Shown piece after piece: positions 41,866 through 55,657 of a DNA stretch of 64,000 nt. The notes under the pieces were generated by a model that worked only from the letters and a program-made list of their open reading frames with translations, was not told where the DNA came from and made no database searches. Origin of the DNA: Eledone cirrhosa (taxonomy: Eukaryota). The position numbers and the translations under genes were made by a program. Location of the stretch: assembly GCA_964016885.1 (NCBI GenBank), contig OZ024740.1:191208001-191272000 (forward strand). The letters run 5' to 3'. The number at the start of each line of letters is the position of its first letter. Position 1 is the first letter of the stretch.

Positions 41866-41870
<5 letters not shown>
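41213..41870 (+). repeat. Tandem direct repeat (533-bp period), relative of 28255-28960
   Basis: 41213-41337 is nearly identical to 41746-41870, with a pyrimidine-rich spacer; ends at (TA)n. Confidence 0.85.
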
Positions 41871-41929
<59 letters not shown>

Positions 41930-41932
<3 letters not shown>

Positions 41933-42129
41933 TCAGAGCAAACAGCACGGACACACCCTATTTCAAAATTATTATTTTTGAAAAGCATTTACAAATGCGC
42001 AACCGGTAAAAACTTAAAAACTTAAAACCACAACTGAATACTAACCCATACAATCACTAATACTCTTTTATTCCTAATTAAACCACTTTTCAACTGTGAA
42101 CAATTTGTCAGCATTTTCTATTCCGTTTA

Positions 42130-42135
<6 letters not shown>
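41930..42135 (+). repeat. Isolated pLTR end of the 19.8-23.2 kb PLE family between (TA)n tracts
   Basis: Collinear with 22980-23170 (gagcaaaca..ctatttcaaaatta..gaaaagcatt..caaccggtaaa..gaacaatttgtca). Confidence 0.8.
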
Positions 42136-42170
<35 letters not shown>

Positions 42171-42186
42171 GTACGGTACGGGATGG

Positions 42187-42505
42187 TGTAATAAAATGTA
42201 CAAATTAAACTGTCTTTTATTTATGATACTAACACTCCCACAATAAAGTGGAGCCGCCTCGACCTTTGCTTGACCGCACCTATTCCGCGCGCACGTGCGC
42301 TCTACAGAATATCTCAGTTATACACAAACCGCGGACAACAGAGGGAGACGTATCCTTCCTCTCCGACTTAAAACTTTCCCCCTCGGAAAACATTCCAGTT
42401 GATGGATGCAAAATCCGCAATATAGCGACAATTAAATCTCTCCCAAGGTAACTATATCTCGTGTTATTATTTTTATTTTGACGCCCCTTCCTACGTTCCG
42501 CTACA
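42187..42505 (-). mobile_element. Possible solo LTR
   Basis: TGTA...TACA ends, AATAAA ~35 nt from the minus-strand 3' end, higher GC than flanks; no matching TSD found. Confidence 0.3.
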
Positions 42506-42606
42506 CACTATAATCTCATTCTACATTTCCTCACATCTCTCTCTTCACCACCGCATTATGTTACCCGGACATTTAACTATTTGCATTGTTAAGACATCCA
42601 AAACGA

Positions 42607-42660
<54 letters not shown>

Positions 42661-42832
42661 AAGAATTCATATCTAGTAACATATATATATACATACAGAT
42701 GCATATCAATGCTAGCAAATATATAGGTGTTGTCTTAATAACAGTGTGGTTCAATGCATGGGGTTGCAGAACAATAATATAAGAGACGTAAAATAAGAAA
42801 ATTATAAAATTAACTTACTTACTAAAATATCA

Positions 42833-42913
42833 CTTCCAACTAATTAGTTTCTGGAATTGAGTAAACATATTTTCCGAAGAATAATATTGAGAAGCATTCC
42901 GTCGTCAGGAAAG
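42833..42913 (-). ncRNA. Type I hammerhead ribozyme, extended stem II
   Basis: Minus strand: ctttc CTGACGA c ggaat...attcc a GAAA ctaattag TT ggaag; palindromic stem III. Confidence 0.7.
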
Positions 42914-43284
42914 TCTATTCTCATGTAAGTTTCCAGGCAAAGCGAGGACACTGGAAACTTATTAAAAAATAATTCAGTGGATAGGAAATAGCAAAGCGTG
43001 GACTGAATTCCAAGCCATTGAGAAAATCACTGCCTCTACGTCTGTGGCAAATTCAAAAAGAATCGAACACGTGACATCGAGGTCAATCAGTGGAAAGTTG
43101 TTTGCTAATAAGACAGCGGTCTGCCTACAACCGTAGCAGCAGTCATGGCCAATATTGCTCGACAAATACTGCAACCCCATGCATTGAACCACACTGTTAT
43201 TAAGACAAAACCTATATATTTGCTAGCATTGATATGCATCTGTATGTATATATATGTTACTAGATATGAATTATTTATTATTAT

Positions 43285-44095
43285 CTACAAATTATTTGTC
43301 GAGCAATGTTCATTTATCCGTTCCCCTATACTACGAGCTGTCTCACCTATGTACACTATATTTTTGTTTCTACATTGTCCTTCAGTACATCTTATGCTAT
43401 AAGATATAACACAAGAAAAAGTCGTTTTCAAACGATGGTTACAGTATAGAGAACGTTCAATTTTGCTGTTCAAAAGTTTGTTTACCGACGTTAAAATGCA
43501 GTATATCTCCAAATTGCATAACTTGCAGAATCGATGATTTTGCTTATATGCAGGCGCAGCTGCAATAATTTGCCAATCAAGGGAGAATGCTTGATTGTTC
43601 CTCCGGAGCTGCCAGGCTTTATCGGCGAGGGTTATTACGGAGCGCATTTTCTCGTGCCTGATCGAAGATCGATGTTGGTATAGGCGAGCCTTGAAAGAAG
43701 TTGCGGTACATCCGACGTAATACCATTTGTTGGTTCCGGAATTTATTGTACATCGGTAGACAATATTGCGTGCTAGGCACTGGTTATTCAGTGGGCACGT
43801 CCCTGGTTTGGTGCAGTTACAATTATTTTTATGTTTTGCAGTAGAATCCTGGATAGTTTGGTGGGGTTGTAGTTGCGTGTAAGTGCGTTGTATGTTGCTA
43901 TGCTGGTGCGCTGAGTCATTAGGGATGTACTTATTCAGTATTGCTGAGTTGAGTTTTTAAATTAGTTGTTCTATGTTAGGTGCAGTGGAGTATGAGAGTC
44001 TAATGGTGCGCGAGTTAAAGATTTTATAGTATTTATGTGAAGTTGTAAAGTGTTTATTGATTAGTGTATAGAATTGTGAGATAATCTTTAGATTT
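43285..44095 (-). pseudogene. Two fused PLE GIY-YIG endonuclease remnants
   Basis: 44095-43410: KIFNSRTIRLSYSTAPNI, CNCTKPGTCPLNNQCLARNIVY, YVGCTATSFKARLYQH, CKLCNLE..LLNSKIE..CNH. 43405-43290: YSIRCTEGQCRNKNIVYIGETARSIGERINEH. Confidence 0.85.
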
Positions 44096-44097
44096 CT

Positions 44098-44268
44098 ATA
44101 GAGGATCTGTTGTGGTTAATGTCACGGACGTTCATGGAGTGACTCTGGGCGTCGATGATATCGAACTGACTAGTCTGTTCCGGGAACAATTCGAGTCAGG
44201 GACTATGGATAACTTCCAGAAATGCCTCGCATGCTAGTGCTTTATTGTGGCAATGTCAGTTCGAGATA
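44098..44268 (+). repeat. Inverted copy of L1/Tx1-like segment 45513-45695
   Basis: Direct reverse-complement match (gggactatggata.cttccagaaat..tggcaatgtcagttcgagata). Confidence 0.85.
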
Positions 44269-44692
44269 TATATGATCATGTATAACTGCAAGCTAAATAA
44301 CATGTTCATAAATGTCATTGATTTCCATAGAATATAAATGTAGGACCAAATTGATTTGTTCCAGCGCTATTAGCTATTATTTATTTGTCAATAAACGCAA
44401 AATATACGAGACCAACTGAGGTACGTCAGACAAATTATTTGCTGGAGTTTTCGCGTATAACATCTAGGGGAAAATTGATGTTAATTTTTTGTAGGATGTC
44501 ACTATCAATTGAATTATATAGACTATAATATATCAGCAGATATTGAATAATGCAATTTGAACTGTTCTTATACGTCTTCCTGCCTTGAATAAATGATACT
44601 TTGTATGGGATCTTGTATATGGTTTGTTTTTTAAATATTTGATAGCAAAATATCATGAAAAACTAACACATAAACTGTATGTGTAGACTTCT

Positions 44693-44696
44693 ATAA

Positions 44697-44755
<59 letters not shown>

Positions 44756-44806
44756 ACACCGCTAGTACTGCTGCTGTTGCTGCTGCTGCTACTACTAATA
44801 CTACTA

Positions 44807-44839
<33 letters not shown>

Positions 44840-44846
44840 TTACTAT

Positions 44847-44899
<53 letters not shown>
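44693..44899. repeat. (ACT)n trinucleotide tract
   Basis: Directly visible; abuts the LINE 3' end. Confidence 0.95.
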
Positions 44900-44904
44900 A
44901 GTTA

Positions 44905-46680
44905 ATTATAATAAATGCTTTATTGGCCTGAATGACCCACATATAGGGGACGATATAAAAGACAGGGACGGTGGGGCTATTAGAGAAACATCGCGTTAAT
45001 ATCAAACAAAATAACACCAACCATAACATTAAAAGAATGCGAATAACCAAATAGAGGTTGAGAAACACACAGGTGTGATTGAGGAACCCCACAAATCACG
45101 AACCAACCAACGCTCCGAGAGTACTTAAGTAGAGCACCCTTTCCCTCTTAAAATCAACCAGACTACAGGCACGTGCTCTGAGTTTGCCCATTTACACAGG
45201 CATTTTCTCGCAACATTCACTCACCTTTTAGTAAATGTACGCTTGGGCATCACTTTACTCTCCACTCTCACCATCTTTTGCAAGTTGCTGATGGACTGGC
45301 CGAATAGAAAGGCGTCTGTCTATGAGATATTTCAATCTCGTCCACCAATCAGCATTTTTGCTACGGCCACCAGGCAGGGGCGAGCTGCCTGCTCTTTCCG
45401 GCAAAAAAAAGGCGGAATTACTATCTTCACTCTTAACTCGGTATATAACCGGGTCCACCCAGCACGCAAACATACTTGTCCCACATAACTTCGCATGTCG
45501 TAAAGCACGGAGATTATCTCGAACTGACATTGCCACAAGAAAGCACTAGTATGCGAGGGATTTCTGGAAGCTATCCATAGTCCCTGATTCGAATGTCCCC
45601 CGGAACAGACTAGTCAGTTAGATATCATCAACGCCCAAAGCCTCTCCATGAACTCCATGAACGTCCGTGACGTTGACCACAACCAATCCTCTATAAAACT
45701 CTAAAGTGGAAGAATGTCTGCTAACAACATTGCCCGGCTACTAGAAGGCAGGGAGCTCTTGGCAACATTCCAGACATGCCAAGCATCCAGTTTCGGTCAT
45801 TTCCTGACCAAAGACAGCAGTTTACTCAAAGATATAAGCAGAGGAATGAACTCAACTGGATAAACTCAATCGAATGCTTTGGATTGATCTAAATTGATCA
45901 TAGTCCCGCGGAAGCTAGGTTTACACCCCTATATGATATATTGCATGAGGTGAATGGTTTGGTGTATGGAACTGGTCGGTATTGCACATGTTTGCATCTC
46001 CGCTAACACCCATCGATGACAAGCGCCGACATCTTCGCTAACAGCTTAGCCAAAATCCAAAATTCTGATTAGTTGACATATTGGCCTGAAAGTGTCTGTG
46101 GTATCGCAATTGTTCTTGTCTTTTCTCATCAGCGGCACAACGCTTCAGCTCACGGGACTCGAATCTTCCCGTTCGGTTGCCAGATGCATTAGACCACTTC
46201 GCAGAGATCTTAGAACAAGTTTGTTATGTGTACGTAAAACTCGTGGGACAGTCCATCTAAACAGGTTGACTTGCATCTCGTGCATCCGACCAGGGCATCC
46301 AGAATTATGGCTGATATTATCGGCCTTTCACAACACTCAGCATCCACTGGGGACAATACGGGGAGGCCTTCAAGTTAATACGTGAAGAACGCCAGCGTCT
46401 CCAAAACCCCATTGTCCCGAACAGTTGGGCAAGTGCTGGTGTAAGACCGTATAAATGTACCTGGTATCTGCTACCATGTGTTTGTCTCGGTCAATCAAAG
46501 ACCGAATCGTGGTTTTGTTACCACGCTGCGCCTTCTCCACACGGGCCCATCGAATAGCTTTCCATCCGTCGTTTCTTATAGCACGTACCTTAGATCTGAC
46601 AATGCATCCTTCATGTGTTGCATTGATAAAATGGTCTAATGTCATACTCAACATTACCAGGTCAACTCCAATTTAGCTAC
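44905..46680 (-). mobile_element. L1/Tx1-like LINE ORF2 remnant with 3' UTR (internally deleted)
   Basis: GCIVRSKVRAIRNDG..QRGNKTTIRSLID linker, FRPI, QTCAIP..TIHLMQYII, MINLDQSKAFD*V RT motif, MDSFQKSLAY*C..SVRDNL (zf-RVT-like), WWTRLK; AATAAA near 44920. Confidence 0.85.
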
Positions 46681-47076
46681 AAGTTCCCAATTTTCCACTT
46701 TTTTCAAACGTTAATGCTTTAGTAAAGCATAGTGAAACTACTGTAATCTCTCTTTTGAGAGCAGCGTGTCACCTGTTGTTGACCACTCTCCTCTCAACTT
46801 ATACTTACATAATTCATAATGATAAGAGAAAAAAGTAAAATAAATTTAACATTTTACACTCGCTGTTTTATTCAGGGGTAAATGTTTGTGCAATTTTACA
46901 TATTCACACTGACCGTGATAGGCCGAATATAACATTATAGATTTCCGTAAAGTGCCAAGCATTTAATGTAAAATTCTCATAAGTTTGCCATACGAAACAT
47001 ATTCCTAAGAGCCATTCCAAATTTTCTCCTCCCCGAGCACATCGAAGAGATTTAAAATGGCCTTAGCTTCAATAAT

Positions 47077-47261
47077 TGTTTCTACTTTAGGCACAAGGCC
47101 AGCAATTACCCAGTGCATTACTGGTACTTTATTTTATCGACCCCGTAAGGATGAAAGGCAAAGTCAACCTCGGCGGGATTTGAACTCAGATCGTAAAGGG
47201 ACGTAACTATGCTGGAAAGCATGGCGTCCGACCCTCCACCGATACTGCCAATCCACTGCCC
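47077..47261 (-). mobile_element. tRNA-derived SINE with TSD
   Basis: Nearly identical to 11024-11208; TSD ttagcttcaataat at 47063-47076 and 47262-47275. Confidence 0.92.
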
Positions 47262-47498
47262 TTAGCTTCAATAATGAGGATAAAGCGGATGGCAGATGTC
47301 AACTAGTGTATTAGATTCTAGTAGCAATAACAACAGGTTGATATCAGCCGTATGGATAGAGAACACAGCAGAGCAATCAACAAACTCAACAACACCACGT
47401 TGTTATGGCTACCCAATGTAAACAAAACACAGAAATAGCAGCGACAACAACGCCCACAATAAAATCAGTTCTGCTGACTTCAAAAGAATAGGAGATAT

Positions 47499-47657
<159 letters not shown>

Positions 47658-47924
47658 TGCTGCTGACCTTGAACTCGTGAAAAACAAAAAGTCAGGAAAA
47701 TAGGTGAAATCCCTTAAAAGTACCGTTATCCACACAACTGCAATGAAACCCGCGCTACCGCTACCGCCACATCTACCACCACTACGACAATCATTTGTAA
47801 AATAACGTCACCATCACCGCCACAGAGTCTGTTAATGGTCGTAATAATTTGTGGTAGTGATAATGGTTCCTAATGTAGGCACAAGGGCAACAATTTTGGA
47901 GAAGTGGAAAGTCGATTAAAACGA

Positions 47925-48300
47925 GTGCGTGCAGACGGTATCGTCGTTCGGCACACATCTCAGAGATGTCGGTCTGAGAGAACTTTCGTACATGTAGAGT
48001 ATGTCATAAACCGGCAATGCCTTCCTGTGGAAATACCAAGTCAGTGGTTTCTGAAGTTTGTCCATAGTTCATAGCTTGAATGTTTTCAGGAAGAGACTGG
48101 TGATCCTGATGTCATGTTCACCTAGTTTCTATCCGTGAATGCCATGTCTATTTATCACCACCAGTCCTATATATTACGCTCGAGTGGAATTGACACTGAC
48201 CCAATTGCTCACCTGGTAGTTGGTCTGAGCACGTGACAACAGTTCACAGACCAGAAGCCCAGTATTTGTAAAAGATTAACCCACTACTACACCTCAGCTA
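47925..48300 (-). mobile_element. Older L1/Tx1-like ORF2 C-terminal remnant
   Basis: LFLKTFKL*TMDKLQKPLTWYFHRKALPVYDILY..PTSLRCVPNDDTV parallels the zf-RVT-like segment at 45.5 kb. Remnants may extend to ~48700. Confidence 0.6.
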
Positions 48301-49171
48301 AAGAGTCAAGCAGCGGAATGATATGATTAGCGACCTCACCTATACACCGTTCACGAATATATGGGGTGCCTTTCATTCGGTGCATGTTTGAGCGTCTACC
48401 TTGGTCGTATCTTTCTTTGTCACCGTTACTACACCCGACTCACACATCTGTGAATTCTCCCAATCTGCTCCAAGTTCAAGTAGTGAGCAGTGAGGAAATC
48501 GGAAAACAAATCTAACTTGTGTATATAAATATCATAGGGGTGTGCACCTAGACCGGGCGATGTGCGCCTCGTATAGCCTGCCCACACTCCTCATATCACT
48601 GGCCGTATGTCACGACAGACACACAAAATAAAAACTGTTGTCCGCTACCTGTCACTTGTTGTTAACTAAATGCTATATATTCTGCACAAATAGTTGACTT
48701 GAGAGGGCCTACTTCTGCCACTGTTGCTTAACTAATATGTTAATCTAGTCACTGTTGGATTCACTTACCTGGAACGAAGAGTTAAGCCTGCTGTAACCAT
48801 GTCCCTTTCTAAGTTTTCTGTCTAGGTCAGCCATGCAGATCAGGAATTTGTGTTATGAAAAGAGGACCGTTTTAAATTGAGGATCCTCTACACTATCCAT
48901 ATGCGATAACCTAATCATAAACCTACGTAAATACAATCTATATGGCTGTCTGCGAATGATCTATTTTCACAATGCCTCAGTATGTTGGGACATTTTCACA
49001 CTTCACTTCTGTCACCTACTTTCATATAGTCCCAGCGAACGTCTAGGATGCCGTTCCCATACTCCGCTAACATTAACGGGCGACATGTGTTGTTATTATT
49101 GCTGTTGCTGTCGTGGTTGTTCATGTTGTTGATGCCTTTGCTGTTGTTATTATATAATGTCGCTACTAGAT

Positions 49172-49373
49172 CGGTGGATTGGATGTGTCGGTAGAGCATC
49201 GGATGCCATCATTCTAAGCATAGATTTACTGCCTTTTATGTGTTGATTTCAAATCGCACCGAAGTTAACTTTGACATTCATCTTATAGGATCGATAACAT
49301 AAAATGCCAGTTATGCAATTGGGTCGTATTATGCGAATGTTATGGCCTTATGCCTAAATCAGAAACAATTATT
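49172..49373 (+). mobile_element. Diverged SINE copy
   Basis: cggtggattgg..tcggtagag..ttcaaat..gttaactttg..ggccttatgcctaaa..gaaacaatt, collinear with 11024-11208. Confidence 0.8.
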
Positions 49374-52300
49374 AATGTAGTTGTTATTGCTGTAACTGTT
49401 TGGTCATTGTTTGGTCATTGTTTGGTCATATTTTTTTCTTTCGTAGATATGGTGTTGTTTATGGGGATAGTATTGCTGTTGGTTTAAAATAAATTTCAGG
49501 CGTAACTCCTGCTTTGCATGACTTTTGGGTTTTGGTGTTGGTTGTTGGTGTTTTCCTTAATATTACTCTAGTTAGTGTCATTTTTGCTGTTGTTGTTCTT
49601 AAGGTTGGTATAGTTACTGTACATACGGCTATTATTGTTGCTGTTGCTGTTGCTAATGATATTTCCAACTCATTTCTGACGCAATGATTTAATATCTTTA
49701 TTTATCTATTAAAGAAAGTGTGGAATGCATATATTTCATAATTGGCATCGTGAATTTGAGTCTGTCTTAACGGAATATATATTTCAATACTAATTAGTTT
49801 TTGATTATGTAATCATTAGGGAAATAAATTAGCATACTAAACCTGCTCCATTGTTTTCTTGATACTGATGTATAATTCGGTTGAACACTTGTAGAGTAAA
49901 TAGCATCTTACGTTCACTTTAATTAACTGAAACCTCGAGAATGTAATTATCTCTGTTCTTTACCTTTGCAAATATATACCCATGTGAAACAATTATATAA
50001 AGCAAGCTTATAAATATTTAATTAGAATATACGATGCCAGTATCGGTTAAGCAAGAATCATTTCTCCTGTGACGGTAATTCTATTATGCTCTATTTATTT
50101 TGCTGCTGGGCATATTGGTTTCTGAAGGACAATATATGTTATGCATAGGAATATTTTTAAAAATACACTCACTCATTGATTTCATTACCCCAAGATAGGA
50201 TTATGCATAATATTCTCCTCATGTCGATATCATATTTATGAACATAGATATCGTGCTATCCCGTGGAAAGCTGCAGAAGTTCAACATGTATATTTGTTTT
50301 TGAAACTGTGTATATACTGATAGTAGTCAAATTAAAAGTATTCAATCTTTTTCTAATAATTACTAAAAACATTTTGAATTGGTTTTCGATCATATATTGA
50401 ATTATTGTTTAAAGTTTGTAAAGTATTAACATTATGATCTATTTATTGGACCGGAATTCGGAATTCATGTTATTGAATGTGGATTAAGAAGAGCTTCTAT
50501 AAAGTGTTGTGATACATCAGCAATTACAATGTATGTGAAACTAATAGCAAGTATATGATGAGAATGGTATTAAGTGTTTGATATTAGCGGACTTGATGGA
50601 TTTTTATGAATGTAATATTAATAACATTTTTAGAATGGACAGAAGGACAACAATTTAAGACCTAAACCCCGTTAATATTTTAAACTCTATACTTGGGTGG
50701 TACTTAAGTTTATCCATTCTAAAAGGGACTTTAACGCAAATCATGAACTTTTCGAACTAATACCACATTGCTTTTGTTCAACGCTGTATCGATTATATAA
50801 ATTCACCGCCCTGTTGTGATATTTCACAATAAAACAAAATAATCCATGTCATTGATTTCAGGAGTCATCAGAAATATAACATGGAATAATTCAGTATCAT
50901 ACAATTTTCCAAGATATTTAAGAATTCTGAATAAGTCGCCGTTGTTTATCAATATATATTTGATAATAAGCATCGATACTTGTTTACAAAACGAGAATAG
51001 AAACACGGGTTTTCCACAAGCCTTATATAATTTGGGATGCGCTTGACAGCCAAATTTCAATAGTTATGAATTCATTTTCTGTAACATCGTTATCAATAAA
51101 CATCATCGAGTGACATGTAAGAGAAATCGAATCTCTTCCGAGCTGTTTCATATCGATAACCGAAATGTTATTCTACAGAAATCGATTTAATAATATTCCA
51201 AATGAACAATTGACGTATACTAACACATTATACTTCACGCTGTTAATGCATTACCTTCTGCAGACTGGATGTCATTTAATAGAGTGATACCAGGTAACAT
51301 AATTGTATACACCCACATTCCTCTAACTAGTGCTGTTATTGAGATGAATATCTGGATTCATTCCATTTACCTTAATTATATATTCCGTGTATTTCATCTT
51401 TCTCAAGTAATGTCATCATACTTAACCTACTACACACATTTACATTAGCTTGACGAAATATTTAGATGCATAATCAATGAATATGAACTTTGTTAGTATG
51501 TCAGTAGTATGTCTTGAAGTGTAAGTTTATTAATTATTAAGACCATGTTAAATACCCTAAATCTATTTCGTGTACCTTGGAACATAGAACCGAATGTTAT
51601 TTTCAAATGGCAATTATGTTAATGCGGGTCATAATAATACTTTACATAAACTATACTGATAATGATGCATTTCCACAATTGGATAAAAATATAATTCACC
51701 ACTATCTTGGAAATACTTTGTTTGTTTTTACCCGATATTTAGTTTTGTTATAAATTATGTTCTAGCAAATTTGTCATTATGTTTATGAAGATATAACGAA
51801 TAAGTAAATGTTAACTTGTTGGCCTGAATTACTCATGAAATTATATTTAAGATATATATTGAGATTACTTCTATACCCGAAAAAGGTAAACGACACTATT
51901 TATTTTGATATTCATAACTGAGTATAAAATCACACCGAGCACATTTTCAAATGCCAGTATACTTTGTATAATTATGTGACATTTTAAAATTATTATATGA
52001 GCATATTGCTAATGATCATATTTTTTACGGTAGGGATGTATTTACTATGTAAGTCATTGAATGCGTATGCTCGCGTCTGAACCTTCTTTCAAGCAGAAAT
52101 ATAAAATATATTATGGACAACATTGACTCGCAAACTCATTTCCGATGCTTGGATATATTTTTGACTTATATCACCCATCATATACGTAAATATTAACATA
52201 GAAAACATTGCTATATCACATGTATTTATCATGAAACACACAGAATATTAAAACTTACGAAAGTGGTTGTTCATTGTAAAAACATTATAAGATTGGAAAA

Positions 52301-54229
52301 CTAGAGTCTCCATTATATGTTTCTATGACCTTTACTATCATTAAATGCCAGATGAAAGTTGAAAGCAAATTACGCATTCGGGTTCTTGAAGCAAAAATCC
52401 TATTAGATGAATACGAGGAAATATTGCATTCGAATAAAAAAATTATGGAATATCTGGTATGCATTTGTGTGCCAATGCATAAATAAAAGAAATAAGAAAT
52501 CATATAGCCAGAATGACCTATATTTCAAGCAGCAATTTCACAGACAGCTATTTTGCCTAAAGATACGATAGTAAAACATTATAATTGGCTTCACTGCATT
52601 TGATTAAACTATAATTTTCAACAAAAAATATCTTCAAAGATTACCTCTTAAAAGAGTTTAAAATGAAATTGTTTCATTTATGTATTATATTTATTCAACT
52701 TGCTCTTTTTCTATCTGAAGGAAAAGATAGATTACTAGCATATATTTTAAGGAGGAAGAATAAAGTGAACGTCAGTTTAGCGAATTGGAAAACAGTATAG
52801 TGATCGATTGTCGATGTGCCAGTTTTGAGGGAAATAGAGTCAGAAAATTTCTATTGATATACAATAGCCATCTTATATATGCATACATACATTACCTAAG
52901 CAGTTCAATAATGATGTATTGAACATTTGTTTGCTATTCCTATCAGTCTATTCTAAGTCGTAAAAGTTCAGTAACACTAAGATTCATTCAGGAATATAAT
53001 GATATTAGACGAGGCATGATCTGAAATTCTGTGGATAGTGAGCAATAATCAATTTAGTTGACCCCAGTGTATACCAAATGTATTTATACAAGTTTATTGA
53101 AATTTATTTAAATCTAACGCATACCACCAACGGGGATTGTATACCCCAGCAAGATATACGACATAAAGACAAAACACCTATGAGTGTTGTCAGCAGATAT
53201 TAAACCTCTGCGGGAATACGATATACAATCAAAGATCTGAGTGTAAAATGGGAAAGAGATGAAAGCTTCTATAACATGAATACTGCACTTTAAATCCCAA
53301 AGGTTGTAGAGCATAGAGTAAGTTAAATCGGTTCCCTTATATTTGACAGATATAATGCGTTTGGATCTCACACAACGGGAAGAAAAATCCTACATATTTA
53401 TTAGCTGGATTGAACTGATATCGTAAAAGGGTATGTCTAAAATATTTGATACATTCTTGTCGATTCAAGTAGCCACCACACAATTATTTTCAGTATCAAT
53501 AAAATCATCGATCATTGAAACTGACAGAAGTATTGATTTTGATAAAATGCCTTGTGTCATTTGTTCAATCCTCTGTCGTTCTGACCTTAGTCCACATTGA
53601 TACCAGCTTTGATTTTATGGTTACATTAAATAAACTACAAGTCAAATATTCGAAGCATCTATCAAACCCACCCTCATTTAAAAAAGAAGTAAGTAATCAG
53701 TATTCAAAGAAATATTAGATTATATGCTCAGTAATGTTTGTGTTTTTTACATATTAACTACGCATTCTTCGGTTTTCGATTTCGATCTAACTACGTAAGA
53801 CCACTAACAAACAGAGTGCATTGATATATTAAAGAAGTTAATATGAGATTCCGATTAGAAAATCGTTTGTGATTAAACCACGCAAAATTCATAACAGCTA
53901 CTTGCAATAGACTATGTTAATAGACAATAATATTTTATTTTCTTATAAGATTTTTTTATAGTAATCTAATTTTTGTTTTCCGAACTTTTAAGCTTATTCG
54001 GTTTATTCACTATCGTCTTTACAATTGTTTTTTCAAGAATCAAAGATACATGCCAGGTAGTAGACATTTAGCAAGAATACCCCTCTTTCAATCAGAATTT
54101 TAAAGATAACACCCAAGCAAGTGAAAACGCTCAAAATACTTAGATTGGAAATGAAATTCTCTACTTAGATTCTCGTTACAAGTAGCTGGTAACAGTAACA
54201 CGAGAGACAGTAAACATGCCAAAGGTTAG

Positions 54230-54620
54230 AGCATGAATGGACTTTGGGGATGTGCTGGAATCCGACTTTAGATTACTAAATTATGTATTCTAGCTGGTCT
54301 CCTCGTAATAAGTATTTTCGCTAAACGTCTACTACCACGCATGTATCTTAGATTCTTCTATCTTCTAGGCTAAGGAGGATATATTTTCGAGAGCTGAGGA
54401 TAATACCCTACTGACTAAAATTCGATTACAATCTTTTCTGGTGCTTCTAGGGTTAAAATTAACCACTTGAATTATGAGGTCTCTAGAGTAAGAAAAGCAC
54501 TCACATATTGCTGGGGATCTGAGGAGAATGAAGTTTGACACAATAGGATAAAAGGCTTAAATGGAGAAGTTATAATATATATTACTCATGTATGTCTGGA
54601 AAGTACCAAGGCAAGGGCAA
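54230..54620 (+). mobile_element. Possible very old CR1/L2-type LINE 3' remnant
   Basis: Only scattered resemblance (RIYFRE/DNTLLT, W..LRRMK, MYVWKV). Confidence 0.25.
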
Positions 54621-54823
54621 TCGGGTATGATTATTTTAAGAGAGATTGATTTAATTCGAAATTAAACTAATTGTTAAGACACCCCGATTAGGTTTATGCT
54701 AAATGCCTGGGAAATTGAAACTTATTTGCTGTCATACAGGCTAGCTGTTGAGCATTGTGAGTTTTGCTTGAGTGATAGCCCCACCAACCGATAACAGATT
54801 TGCATCAAATGAACTAGATGAAT

Positions 54824-54909
<86 letters not shown>

Positions 54910-55477
54910 CGATGCGTTGGAATACTTTCTATATGTGTATTGAAAAAAAACAACATTTGAAATGCAAGCATAACCAATGGCATATGTGATATTTGAAGTG
55001 GAGTATTGCGCCAACAATTTAATGATTCAATGATTCATATAGCTTTTTATATATATTACGAGAATAATTGAATCATAATTTCCATATTTTGACGTTATAA
55101 TTTTTCATTTATATAGTTTTATATATATATATATATTGTACATCTGTACGCATATGTTAGTAGATATACTAAATTCTCTATAAATATTGTTATATATTTA
55201 TATATAGAAAATTGCAAATCACATATAAGGGAAATTATGATTATTTTAGCTATATATATAACAAATACTTCTCGTCGCGTGAGTCTCTGAAAGGTGAAAG
55301 ATTGCAGGTATTTTGAAATAGACTAGCTAATATTGCTAACTATCGTGTTGGTAAGTTGTGTAAAGTTCACGTGAACAGTCACACACACACATCACAGGCA
55401 CACACACACATCACATACACACACACGCACACCCACCCATACACATGCACACACACGCACATGCACACACGCACACG

Positions 55478-55535
<58 letters not shown>

Positions 55536-55597
55536 CATACATGTGAATGTATGTATGTGGATATATATAAACATACATAAAAGTGCGCGCACACACA

Positions 55598-55657
<60 letters not shown>

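Noticed and set aside
48769-48834. Minus-strand first exon MADLDRKLRKGHGYSRLNSSFQ followed by GTAAGT
   Set aside because: Good donor site, but no downstream exon was found and it borders L1/Tx1-like debris.
53350-53430. Plus-strand internal exon (ttgacag...gtatgt)
   Set aside because: Stop codons in all three frames.
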